Source: the human T2T-CHM13v2.0 reference genome, Homo sapiens. Taken from it: a stretch of DNA of 64,000 nt. How positions within the stretch are numbered: position 1 is the first letter of the stretch; each line of letters starts with the position of its first letter. The position numbers and the translations under genes were made by a program. The notes beneath the pieces are model-generated. The model was not told where the DNA came from, made no database searches, and saw only the letters and a list, made by a program, of their open reading frames with translations. Positions 1 to 12,815 of this stretch are shown one piece after another. The stretch is taken from the NCBI RefSeq assembly GCF_009914755.1, contig NC_060931.1; one strand, written 5' to 3'.

Positions 1-305
1 TTATTTTCAAAACAGCAGCCCTCCCTCAAGTATTACACACTTAGCCCAGGGTGATATATTTGGTTATTCCCATGGAACATGGAGCTTCAAATCACTGTTG
101 CAGTTGTTCCTGTTATTTATGTCACCTGGAGATTTCTTGCTTTTGATATGGGCTTTAATAAACTATTTTTAGACTAAATACTTTAACTTTTCATTTATTT
201 GTGTTTGGAATAGAAAGAAGTGCTTTCCATGAATTAGCTTATTTTGTCATTTTGTTTAGAATCTTATTTTTAAAAATCAAATATAACAATTAGGACTCCA
301 CTCAC

Positions 306-486
306 CAAGATTGCTGATAAATTGCGGTAGCATCTTTTGGTGTCCTGTACAAATCCTCTGTGTCCACCCTGGAAGTTTCTCACAGAGGATTTCAGCTTCC
401 TGTGTTTCTCTGAGCGCATTCTCTGCAGTGCGGATAACCTTGGGGGCAAGTTGACTGCATGGTAGAAGTTATGCTCAGCAGTGACT
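306..486 (-). other. Candidate non-coding exon (minus strand)
   Basis: Minus-strand pyrimidine tract CCCTTCTCTCTTTGTAATTGAG then donor TTG|GTGAGT at 305-300; acceptor is a weak GAG; no transcript evidence. Confidence 0.2.
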
Positions 487-997
487 CTCAATTACAAAGA
501 GAGAAGGGTTGATGGATAAACTGCAGATTCTTTGCCCTCCACTGAGTTCTACATGGTCTCTCAGAGGGTCACCAGTAAGACTGGACCCCATTTGCCCACA
601 ACAGTAACTTGTTCTTTACTCTCCAGTGCTTCTGCTGGCTTTTCTTTCTGACTACAAACTTCCTCATGTTGCTTCCTGGAATCACTTCCAAAATAAGCTA
701 TTTGTATCACAATACTGACTTTGGGTATATTCAAAGATACAAGTTCAACAATGTCTATTTTGGGGATACTCAATCTCATTTCAGAGTTGTATAGGAGCTG
801 CAGAAACTTGTAGATGTCCTCACACTTGTAGGGTTTCTTAGTCGTTTTCACAATTCTCCTGACTTTCCAGCTGCCATTGTTTGGTGTTGCTCCTTCACTG
901 TATATGGCTCCATATGAAATGAGCCTTCCTTGCTCTGCTTCCTGCTTAGGTAATGTGATAACTCATCATTACTGTAAGAGGCTGTCAGCAGACTTAC

Positions 998-1209
998 TTT
1001 TTTCATGTCAAGCTCATCTGTGGGAGACTCTGCTTGGGTTCCCAACACTCCAGCACTATCCTATCTATGGTCTTCTAGTATGCAGATCATTCCTTGCAAA
1101 GAATGGGCCTGCTTGAGTCCAGTGCCCATTTCTGGACAAGGGTCTGGAGAATCCTTTTGACCAGTCACATCTACTCCTGTGTCGTATATGGAATTTGTAA
1201 TTGTCAATA
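998..1209 (-). other. Candidate exon, 212 nt (minus strand)
   Basis: Strong acceptor CCTTTTCTTTTGTCTCTCCCTTGTCTGACAG| and donor AAA|GTAAGT; all three frames contain a stop. Confidence 0.35.
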
Positions 1210-4007
1210 CTGTCAGACAAGGGAGAGACAAAAGAAAAGGGGGGTTTTACACCAGAATAGAGGAGGAATTCAGAACAGGAAGAAACAATGGATGTCTACT
1301 AGGTTTCACCTCTTGGATGCCCACATATGTGTACACATACACTTACAATCTCAAACATGTTCCATTAGCATAAAGCAGCTATTGTATGTAACCTCAGATA
1401 TGCACTCACCTTCTCATAAACAAATATCAAAGTCTCATCCATTTCTAGGCTCTGGATTTCTGAATGGTATAATCTTGTTATGTGGAGATATATATCTTAA
1501 TCATGTAGCAACTTATGCCTAACTTACACATTTAACCACCCAAAGACACCCAGGAAGTAAGGTATACGGAAGACAGGATGACTGCAAAAAATATTTCCCT
1601 TTTGAAAAGGGAAAACAACAGTTGTGGTCTCTGTCCCCAGCATAGTCCATCCCTTCCCGGCAGGGGAGTGTATTCTTGATTAGCCTCACATTTCCCAGCA
1701 GCATCTTGTATGGCCAAATTTGACAGATGGTTTGGGGAACATTTCCCTGGCAGATGCTTGGCAATATTTCTAAGAGATACTATGTGTTTGCTTAAATTCT
1801 TGTTGAGCAAGTGCCTAAATCAAGAAATATCAAAGCATGGTAGAAGTTGTAAGATTTATCTGCCTGAACTACCGATCTTGCTAAGTTATCACTGCTTCTG
1901 AGCCACAGGAGTACCCCCAGGGAGAACTATAACACTGTATTTTAGGGTTTTTTGATTTAATAGATCCTTTTAAAACCAAACTGAGCTAAAGGACTGTACT
2001 TGTTCTATTGATTGTCAAACATTGTTTTTTTTTTTTTATTTCAACATATTGAGTGAGTTTGTAGAATGCTCACCAAGCTGCTGGGGCTTGCCAATTAAAG
2101 CCCACATTGAAATGTTATTAAAAAGAACAGTTTATTGTAATCACAGATACTGTATGTAACATGGCAATTTGCTTCTTGAAAGCTAATTACAAAAGTTGTT
2201 TGAAATAATCAGGACCTTATTCAGCAGCTCAGGGATGAGAACAGCTATATAAATACTCACTACAGCAGCAACAGCAAAAGAGTAGGGTGGGAAAAAAAAA
2301 TAGGTTAGTTAAAAGTTCAAACAAAGATTAAAAAAACAAAATAGAAATGAATTCCCTTAGCTCTTTTCAGGGACTGTAGTGAACACTCAAGGACATAATG
2401 TTCCAGATTTTCAACAAAATATTGAAAGACACTTTTGACATGACAATAGATTCTATTAGAATTATAAAGCTGAGTATCTATTTAATTAATTGCATCTAAA
2501 CTTCCTGGAACTCTCCCATACTCACAGTAAACTCTTGTAGCCTGTTGAATCATGTTAATTTTCTCTAGAGAAAGGGTGCAAAGTGGTACCAACAAAAGAG
2601 ATGGCATTTAAAGTCCAACAGTCTCACTAAATGGAATAAACTGGCATCTATAATATAATGTCAGTAAACCTGTTCTGTTGTTTTGCATGGCCATTTGTAA
2701 GCGTAAGTTATGCTATTCCACCAGTGCTCAACACTTTGTTCCAGGGACCTGGCTGTGCATAACTAAGAAAAGCATGTTTCTTAACTGAGTGAGCAGCTGT
2801 ACTCCTAGAATATAATTTAGTCACTCTATTTTGCTATGAGTTAAGGCCCAGTGGCATTGTCCCCAAAAGGAAAAAAATCACAATTTCACAAGTTAGTGGA
2901 GCCTCAACAGTCCAGAACATGTACCTTCAAGATTAAGTGCCAAAATGGCATAACCATTTCAGCAGGGTGAGCTTTTCAATCCACCATATTGCTAGTCATA
3001 GATTTCAAATATATTGTAAGAATCACTTGATTTGTAGCCTCTTTTGATCCACCTGAAAGCCAGTTCCTATACTTAAAAGGAAGTGTTCCTATTGTTCAAG
3101 GAAGTTTATTTTTTTTTACAAAAGAAAGTTATTTGGGCAACAGAGAAATAAGGTTATTTGTTGAATTAAAAGATCCCAGTGGAGTTATAAATATATATGC
3201 ACACTGCGTAGGTAATCTCTACTGAGTATCACTTCTTAAAACTTCTTGACGGTCTCTCTACGCTCATAATAAATCCTGGCCAACCCTAATTAAATTGGGG
3301 TTCAAGATCCACTAGTATTGTATCTTTTACTGAACTGTTAACAGCCTCTTCTTTATTCACTAGAGTAGGTGGAATACACATATAAATAGCAAAGAACAAT
3401 GCAATATTATCTTTTTTCTGGTAAAATATTTTTACATAGCATTTTCTTTTTATCCTACACTTAGAGTTATTTTCGATATTTAGTACAATCTAGAAGAAAC
3501 AGAATATCATTGCATAATTGATACATTAAGAATTAAAGTATTTTGAATCATTTGAATATATATTTTAAATAAAATATATTTTGGTTTATAATCTTTCTTA
3601 TCTGTGTGACTTAGCACAAGAATTAAGTATATACTTTTCTGAAAAAGACAAGTCTTAAATTAACATATCAAATAATTAAAAAGACACTATAAACCTTTAA
3701 TTTACTAATTCATTGCTTAGCATGTATGCCTGATTCCTTTTGACTTCACTGTAATATTTGGTAACACTTTCATATAACTATATGTTCATCTAGAAATAAT
3801 TTGTTGAAATGACTGTCTCTCCATTAGAAGAGCACCATTCCCAGGGGTCAGTAGCTTTTTTCCTTCCCATTTCCATATAGCATGGTATCAGGAATATGAT
3901 AGGCTGTAAAAATTTATTGACTGTACGATAAATAATGCAAAAACTTTTATGAATTTCCTGTTTTTCTACGTTTTCCTTTTTCTTGGTTTCTTTCACAATG
4001 TATTTTC

Positions 4008-4128
4008 AATCAATAAATACAGTATTTATAGGTGTTGTCTATGTGCGAAGGATGGGTTAGGATCACAGATATACCAGAGAATAAGAAAGATGTGTTCCCT
4101 GGAGCTTCCTTTGTGAGGTGAATGCAAA
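4008..4128 (-). mobile_element. L2 3' fragment (continues 4799-4990 after Tigger3)
   Basis: Degenerate match to L2 3' end motif (caataaata..tattt..ctatgtgc..gttagg) and GAAGGA..GAGTTAGCCAGG downstream. Confidence 0.5.
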
Positions 4129-4130
4129 TA

Positions 4131-4796
4131 CAGTTAATGTGCCCCATTTAGGACCAGTAGGACCACCAGGCTGTATATTTGGTCTGTTGTTGGAAACATT
4201 GCTAGGCAACTATATGAAAAAATAATAGTGTGGTAAGTGCCACAGAAGTGGAACTATGGAGTGCAAAAAAGGTTTATTACAGGGGATTAGAAATCTATTC
4301 TAAAAGACCGGAAAAGTCTTCTCTAAAAGTGAGATTTTAACTCAGAGTTGAAGGATAAGGAAGAGTTAGCCAGGAAAAATAGGTGAAGAAGAGTATGCTG
4401 GGAAGACAGCATCATGCTAATGTGCCTCTTACCAGTGGTCATACATTCTGAGAAATGCATAATTAGGTGATTTCATCTTTGTGCGAATTTCCGATCGGGC
4501 TTACACAAACCCAGATGGTATAGCCTACTATGCATCTAGCTATATGGTATAGCCTATTGCTCCTAGGCAAGAAACTTGTATAGCATGCTACTGTGCTGAA
4601 TACTGTAGGCAGTTGTAACACAGTGGTAAGTATTTGTGTCTCTCAACATATCTAAACTCAGAAAAGGTAATCTTTGTGCTGCAACATTACAACGGCTATG
4701 ACATCACTAAATGGTAGGAATTTTTCAGCTCCATTATAATCTGGTAGGACCACTAGGCTGTATATTTGGTCTGTTTGAAACATTGTCAGGCAACTG
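4131..4796 (-). mobile_element. Tigger3-family (TcMar) non-autonomous DNA transposon, interrupted by 4144-4417 insertion
   Basis: TA at 4129-4130 and 4797-4798; CAGT...ACTG termini; Tigger3 body CATTCTGAGAAATGC, GATGGTATAGCCTACTA, GGAATTTTTCAGCTCCATTATAAT. Confidence 0.85.
4157..4392 (+). repeat. Local duplicate of 4744-4975
   Basis: Direct by-eye alignment, roughly 85-90% identical over ~230 bp. Confidence 0.9.
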
Positions 4797-5299
4797 TATT
4801 AAAAAATAATAGTGTGATAAGTGCCACAGAAGTGGAACTATGGAGTGTAAAAAAAGTTTATTACAGGGGATTAGAAATCTATTCTGGGTGAATGGAAAAG
4901 TCTTCTCTAAGAAAGTGAGATGTTAACTGAGAATTGAAGAAGGAAGAGTTAGCCAGGAAAAGTAGGGGAAGGAGACAGAGCAAGGAAGAGATTTATAGCA
5001 GAAGGATCAGAAAGCTTGATGACTCAACTTCATTTATCTACATTTTTCAATGACTCTTTCTTAGTCTGTTCTAGCCTCCTGACTGTGGTATTTCCAAAAA
5101 TATTTGTTCTTGATATTATGTTTCCTTGAAAAACTGATTTTCAGCACTTTTATAATTACCCACAGACCAATGGCTATCAAACATGCAAGCTCAATTTTAA
5201 TGCATTGTACCTGGAACTATTAAAGATGCAAAAGATATTTAAATATACCTTGCAGAATTTGCAACAACACTGCTAGGGAAAAAAACTCAGACGGTCAAG

Positions 5300-5620
5300 A
5301 TTCCATATGTATTATATACAATGGAATATTATTCAGCCTCAAATAAAATTCTGCTACTCGTGACAGCATGGATGAAACTGAAGGATGTAATGCCAAATAC
5401 AAAGAGCCAGGCACAGAAATAGAAATACTGCGTGAGCTCATTTATATGTAGAATCTAAAAAAGTTGAACTTATGGTAATAATAGAATAGTAGTTACTTGG
5501 GGCTGGATATGGAGTGGGGGAAAGAGTGATATTGGTCAGAGGGTGCAATCTTTCAGTCATAAGATGAAGTTCTAAAGGTCTAACATATTGCATGGTGACT
5601 AGTTAATGTAATTTTGCCAT
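5300..5620 (+). mobile_element. L1MA-type 3' fragment
   Basis: ATGGAATATTATTCAGCC, CATGGATGAAACTG, GAATCTAAAAAAGTTGAAC typical of L1MA 3' end. Confidence 0.75.
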
Positions 5621-5817
5621 GAAAAAAACTGCAATTGAAATTTAGCTTTTCTATTTGAAATAATGTTTCAAAGTCAAACGATAGAATATCTTTTGTTAAA
5701 AACTACTAGAATATTTTTCATTTTATTTTTCCTTGTGGGACTATGGTGAATAAAATTCCTTTCTCCACTTGTGCTAGTAAAATGATCTGTGGATCAGTAA
5801 CAACCTATTAGCCTCTT

Positions 5818-6353
5818 TGTATTAGCTGAGGCTTTTGATTGAAAGCCACAAACCCAACTTAGCTTAAGACAAAAAAGAAAAAAAAAAAAAGAATACCCAC
5901 AAAATACCAAAAATATGGGCTTACGAAATTCACTGAAGAGTAGCAACCGAATTTCAGAAAGGGCAGGAGGAACTAAGATAACCAGAACAGAGACTTAAAG
6001 GACAGCAGACTGCCATCATCTTCACTTTTTCCTGGCTGTTGGCTTCATTCTTATTCTTTGCAGACTACCTTTCTCCACTTGGTAAGACACATGGTAAGTG
6101 ACAGCTCCCCACACTTAATTTTCAAATCTTCAGCCTCCAAATGAAGACTTCTGGATATCAGATTCCAAAACTCTAGGGAATGAACTCATTGGCCTACTTT
6201 AAGTCAGGTATACTGCTGGGCCAATCAACTGTCAACAAGTGTGGGTCATATAAGATAGGAACAAGTCAGCTCCTTTGTTACCAAAATAGTTGGATGGGAT
6301 CAACAATACACGAAGAGTATGCTGGGAAGACAACATCACAGAGGCCCACTGAC
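5818..6353 (-). mobile_element. Old MaLR LTR (MLT1J/K-like)
   Basis: TGTATTAG start, AGCTTAAG..AAAAAG, GGCCAATCAACTGT, terminal ATGCTGGG..ACA..CCACTGACA. Confidence 0.55.
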
Positions 6354-6702
6354 ATTTCTGAAACCTTATTTATTCCAGGATCAATTAAGACGTCTCTGTA
6401 AAAAACATATATTTTTAAACAATGTAATTCTATTTAAGGCTATCATCAAATGGTAACTGTAAGTTCCCAAAGGCCTGGAGAGAATGCCTAAATACAGTAC
6501 TTTTTACATAGTAGAAGCTTCATAAATATCTCTTGAATTATGTTAATTTAAGTAGCTATGTGCGTAAGATGCTGTGTAAAACTGGTTAGACACAGTTCTG
6601 TTCTTTTGGAACATACCCTCTAAAAGGGACTAGATTAGTACAGAAAAAGTGAATAAAACTGAGATAAAGGACTACCGTGGAAAACATTTTAGACCCCCAT
6701 AG

Positions 6703-7084
<382 letters not shown>

Positions 7085-7708
7085 TTTTGGCATATTTCTT
7101 AATTGGTCCACTCCTCAGTTTTATCATCTTTGAGATGAAATAAAAATCTGTGTCTCAGATTTGGAAAACTCAAGGGAAAGCTCTTCATAAGGAGCTACGT
7201 AGATTTGAAAGATGATATTATTAGTGTGGCATATGGAATGAGCAGCAAAGCCTCGACCTTTTATCCCCCTCATCACAAAGTTCCTTTGTAGAGCTTTTTT
7301 CAAAAGCTTAGAAAACAACTACTAAGACAAATATTTGTGTTCTCTTCTTAATAATTAAAATAGGCTATTAGGTCAGAGCAATTAAAATACAAACATCAAG
7401 CAAAAGAAAAGAAAATGATGCTTTTCCAGGATAAAAGAAACCATTTGGCTCAGAGGATAGGGCAATCTGATGTTAATTGAGAAAATTCTTTCTTTCTCAA
7501 TATCAGATAGGACTATGTAGTCTGAAAATGGTTAATGAGAGTTTTAAGTAGCTGTGCTTAAGAACTATTTGATGTCATTCGGAGTTCTGAGGCCTGAAGG
7601 TCTCACTGGCAAATAATATCGAAAGGAAGCTCAGACTGGAGAATCATGATCCCACTTTACAATAGCACTGGAGCCCACTTTCTTCTGTTTAAAGATCAAC
7701 GTGATGAA

Positions 7709-7997
7709 GGCTGTACTTGGGGGCTCATGCCTGTAACCCTAGCACTTTGAAAGGTGGAGGCAAGGAGAATCATTTGAGGCCAGAAACTCAAGATCGACTT
7801 GGGCAACATAGCAAGGCCCTGCCTCTACAAAAAATAATAAAAATATTAGCCAGGTGTGGTGGTGTGCACCTGCAGTCCCAGCTACCCAAGAGGCAGAGGA
7901 TCATTTTTGAGCCCAGGAGTTCAAGGTTGCAGTGAGCTATGATCACATCACTACATTCCACCCTAGGACACAGAGAAACACCCTGTCTCTAGAAAAT
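7709..7997 (+). mobile_element. AluJ
   Basis: Diverged dimeric Alu with J diagnostics (GAGCCCAGGAGTTCAAGGTTGCAGTGAGCTATGATC); TSD AAAGATCAACGTGATGA / AAAGATCAATGTTATGA. Confidence 0.92.
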
Positions 7998-8169
7998 AAA
8001 GATCAATGTTATGATGGGTGTTATTGTCTACTGGCTGAAGCATTCCCAGGAGCCTCTTAAGCCTGCTTGATTCACACTTGGGCATGGTATTGGGTGAAGG
8101 GAAGAAGGATCCATAGGAAGAGATTTCTTTCAATAGGAGGAGGTAGCAGTTTCCCCAAGGAAAAAAATT

Positions 8170-10181
8170 TGGAAATTCATAGTTAACATTGTACGTGTGT
8201 GTATATGTGTGTGTTGAGTACATTTAAGATCTACTTTCTTAACAGCTTAAAGTATGTAATACTGATATGGCTTGGCTATATTGACCCCCAAATCTCACCT
8301 TGAATTGTAATAATCCTCACATGTGGTGGGAGGGAACTAGTGGGAAGTAATTGAATCATGGGGTTGGGTTTTTCCTGTGCTGTTCTCATGATAGTAAGTC
8401 TCAGGAGATCTGATGGTTTTATGGGGAGTTCCTCTGCACATGCCCTCTTGCCTGCTGCCATGTTAGACGTGCCTTTGCTCTTCCTTTGCCTTCCACCATG
8501 ATTGTAAGACCTCCCCAGTCATGTGGAACTGTGAGTCCATTAAACCTCTTTCCTTTATAAAATACCCAGTCTTGAGTATGTCTTTATTAGCAGCATGAGA
8601 ACAGACTAATACAAATACAGTATTTTTTTTTTCTGTTACCATGGGTAAGTTGCAATCCAGTATTATTAACTACAGTTACTGTGTTGTACGTTAGATCTCC
8701 AGAACCTATTCATCCTGCATAACTGAACTTTGCAGACTTTGACCAACATCTCCCTATTTCCTGCAACCTTTATCCCCTGAAAACCACCACTCTGCTTTCT
8801 GTTTCTGAATTCAACTTTTTTACATTATATAAATGAGATAATGCAGTATTTATCTTTCTGTGCTTGGCTTATTATTTTTTTTTTCTAGCATGACGTCCTT
8901 CAGGTCCATTCATGTTGTCGTAAATGACAGAATGTTCTTTTTTAAGGCTGTATAGTATCCATTGTGCATGTATATATATACATATCATGTTTTCTTTATC
9001 CAGCTATAATGAACACTTAGGTTGTTTCCATATCTTGGTTGTTGTGAATAATGCTGCAATGGACATGAGAGTGCAGCTGTCTCTTTGACATACTGATTTT
9101 ATTGTTTTGGATATATATCCAGAAGTGGGACTCCTGGATCATATGATAGTTTTGTTTGTTTTTATTTTTTGAGAAAACTCCATACTGTTTTCTATAATGT
9201 CTGTACATACATATATATATTCGGAAGGCTGGGGGTGTACAAGTGTTCCCTTTTCTCCCCATCCTTGCCAATGCTTGTTATCTTTTGTCTTTTTGATCAT
9301 AGCCATTCTAATAAGTGTGAGTGATGCCTCGTTGTGGTTTGAATTTTTAGTTTTTTGATAATTAGAGATGTTGAACATTTTATACTTCTTGGCCATTTCC
9401 ATGCCTTCTTTTAAGAAATGTCTATTCAGGTTATTTGCCCATTTCTTAAGTAGGCTATGTGTTTTCTTGGTATTGGGTTGTTTGTGTTCTTTATATGTTT
9501 TGGATATTAACCCCTTATCAGATGTATGGTTTGCAAATACTTTCTCTCTTTCAATAAGTTATCTCTTCACTCTGTTGATTGTTTCCTTTTCTGTTAAGAA
9601 GCTTTTTAGTTTGATGCAATCCCATTTGTCTACTTTTGCTTTTGTTGCCTGTGTTTTTGGAGTCATTAAAAAATCATTGCCCAGATCAATGTCAAGACGA
9701 GATTTTTTTCTATGTTTTCTCCCAGTAGTTTTACAATGTCAGTATATAAGATCATGTTACCTGCAGACAGAGACAATTTCACTTGTTCCTTTCTGATATG
9801 GATGCCTTTTATTTCTTTTTCTGACCTAGTTTCTCTGATAAGGATTTCTAGTACTATGCTAAATAGACATGGCAATAGTGGGCATTCTTGTCTTGTTCCT
9901 GATCTTAGGGAAAAAACTCTCAACTTCTCACTGCTAAGTATGATGTTAGCTGTGGGCTTGTCGTCTATGGCCTTAGTATGTTAAATTTATCAAATTTTTT
10001 TTTGCATCTATTTAGATGATCATGTTTTTTATCCCTCATTCTGTTAATAGGGTGTATCACATGTGTTGATTTCCATATATTGAACCATTCTTGCATTCTA
10101 GAGATAAATACCGCTTGATCATGGTGTATGATCCTTTTAAAGTGCTGTTGAATTGAGTTTGCTAGTATTTTGTTGAGGATG
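8170..10181 (-). mobile_element. L1MA/MB-type 3' portion with ORF2 remnants, interrupted by THE1B, internal deletion near 9740
   Basis: L1 3'UTR and ORF2 motifs; ORF 9666-9923 (LRSGTRQECPLLPCLFSIVLE) is a degenerate RT segment. Confidence 0.85.
8263..8613 (+). mobile_element. THE1B-like MaLR solo LTR
   Basis: TGATATGG...CTAATACA termini, ~350 bp, perfect 5-bp TSD AATAC. Confidence 0.93.
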
Positions 10182-10967
10182 AAGGGTTTGAATTTGCAAT
10201 AGAAAGATTTAAGGTGGTACTTGGAAAATGAGACACAATCCTGAGAGAGTGCAGAGGGGAGTGGGCATTTTGGACCAGAGGATTAGGATTTACATTTTTG
10301 TCTGCCTTTACCTTATAGTTAAAAGAATGTATAATTTAGCTAGAACTTTAACCTTTTCCTTCATACCGCAATTCTCTTGAAATTGTCTTAAAATTTTAGT
10401 AGAGCAATTCATATACACTCAAGGCTAATATTCAGTATACAATGTTATGGCCATACTCATTGTTAAAATATTTAAATTCTTTCTTATGCTATTCTGAGAT
10501 TCTCAAAATGTTACTTTTTGTACCATCTCAGCCACTCTAGACTCATTCCTAGGACCCCCCTCTCCTCAGAATCCAGAAAGTAAATGATTAACTGCTGGCA
10601 TAGAGCTGGTTAACTGCTAGAGGTCCTAGAGACCCTTATCTTTTCTTATAGGTTCATGCTTCTGCAGAGCCAGTTGTTAAATCTTTTGAATATCACTCCA
10701 TCTTTTTATCTGCACAAACCAATGTACTAATCTTGGGGATTCTGAAGGTACAGAAAGGTGAGTAATGAGAGCTTGTTTCACACCCATCTCTTTTTAAGGT
10801 CCACTGATGATAGATTCCCTCCAATCAAATAGATGGCTACTTCTAGGTCATAATCACCTCTACTTCAGAGGGCTGGTCATAAGAAAAGTGAGAGCTGAAA
10901 TAAAGCTTATATAGCCAAACAAGCACTCTAGAGAGGGCAGATGCAAGAGATAGAGCTTTCTGCTTAC

Positions 10968-11020
10968 CTCTTAAATTAGAAGGTGGAGTGAGGCATGGTT
11001 CTGAATTATATTAGATATTG
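10968..11020 (-). other. Candidate 53-nt exon (minus strand)
   Basis: Acceptor GCCTATGTCTCTGTTCAG| and donor GAG|GTAAGC; motif-only evidence. Confidence 0.2.
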
Positions 11021-11503
11021 CTGAACAGAGACATAGGCATCCAAATATCTTGGGTGGACAGTTTGTTCTAATGTCAATAATGGGTTGAATGGTGAGGTGA
11101 ATGCATTTACAGTTTTGTCTTCCAAGGGTCCATTTTCTAGTGTCCAAATTTGTAACATAGTCAAGAAATATTTGTACAGATCCAGGTAGCCTTTATCGAT
11201 GGGACGCATTATAGAGAAGCTGCCCATGAGTTTTCAATTGATATTAGAGAATGATTAGGACCAGTATCTTAAACATATATCGATTTAAGTAATTAAGATT
11301 TTATATATAAATAAGTTGTCCAGAACCCTGTAGTGACCAGAAGCTATTACATTGCTTTGAATCATGAAAAATTACTCATTGTTTTAATTATGTCTTTTAC
11401 TACCTTCTCCTCATCTGGATGAGGTATACATATCTAAAAAAAATCATATAATAGTATATCTGGAAGGAAACTTGAGTTCATTCATTCAAAATTCCTAGTT
11501 TTA

Positions 11504-11810
11504 GGCTGGGCACGGTGGCTCACACCTGTAATCCCAGCACTTCGGGAGGCTGAGGCAGGCAGATCACTGAAGGTCAGGAGTTCGAGACCAGCCTGGCCAA
11601 CATGGTGAAACCCCGTCTCTACTAAAAATACAAAAAAAAATTAGCTGGGCATGGTAGTGCAGACCTGTAATCCCAGCTACACGGAAGACTGAGGCAGGAG
11701 AATTGCTTGAACTCGGAAGGTGGGGTTGCAGCGAGCTGAGATCACGCCATGGCACTCCAGCCTGGGCAACAAAACGAGACTGCCTCTCAACAAACAAACA
11801 AACGAAAAAC
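11504..11810 (+). mobile_element. AluSx/Sq
   Basis: Full-length Alu, (CAAA)n tail; TSD AAAATTCCTAGTTTTA / AAAATACCTAGTTTTA. Confidence 0.95.
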
Positions 11811-12619
11811 AAAATACCTAGTTTTAGAGACAGAGAAACTGAAGTAACATTTAAAACCTGCATTTTCCAAAACTAGATCCAGTGTTGTTTCTACAACAGC
11901 ACTTAGGTCAAAAACAGCATACGGTTATTTCTATGACTACTTAGGTTAAATGTAATAGATCATATACAAGCAGTACCGTTACATTGTTGAAGGTCAGGGA
12001 CACCACTCACACTGGTACGTGAAGAAGGTTGATTTGTAATTGATTTATTCAGAATAGCTATTGAACACCATTATGTGCTGGAACTGTGATGGGGAAGCAT
12101 GCATACACACCCTGGTGATTCATGTGCATTGAGTGCAAATTATGTGAAGAACATGACAAGGTGAGACTGGAACCCACATTCCTTTGTTAATTCATTCATG
12201 CTCCACTCACTAGGCTGGCTGAACCTGGGCAATTCCTTGCCTTGGTTAACTCAGTCTGATAGAGCATAAAACTCTTGCTCTCAGAATTATGGTGGCCATT
12301 GTTGGATGTCATCACGCTTTCTCTTCTCCTCAGGTCTCCTTGTTTTATTTGCATGATTTACAAAGGATCTGGGAATACATTAGTGAAGGAAACAGATAAG
12401 GTCTTTGACTTCATGGAGTTACAGTGTTACAAGGGAAAGAGACGTTAAACAGGTAATTAAATAACCAATTATTTAATTGCTGTGGTGATTATTCTGTAAA
12501 GTACAAGGTGAAATACAGCTTTTACTGTACTCAAAGTTATACTAGGTCTAGAAATTGAATAAGTCCTAGTCTGATTTCCATAAGGAGATTAGTAATAGTG
12601 ATCAGTTATCAGTGTCATA

Positions 12620-12815
12620 CACTTCATATAATTGTTGAGAATCCTCATAGCAACTCTGAAAAGTAAATATTTCCCCCATTTTACTGGTGAGTCAACAGAG
12701 GCTCAGAGAGCCTAACATCTTCCTAATGTTTTTTATAGTTAATAATGTCAATGCTGGGATTTGAACATCGGCCTTTCCAACAGCTAAACTCGTGGGCTTT
12801 CCATTATTACATTGG
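12620..12815 (-). mobile_element. MIR
   Basis: CCCCATTTTAC..GAG..AACAGAGGCTCAGAGAG core, GGGATTTGAAC. Confidence 0.65.

Noticed and set aside
600-745. Possible LTR16/LTR33-like 3' end (GCTTCCTGGAATCACTTCCAAAATAAGCTATTTG)
   Set aside because: Match too short and degenerate to delimit by eye
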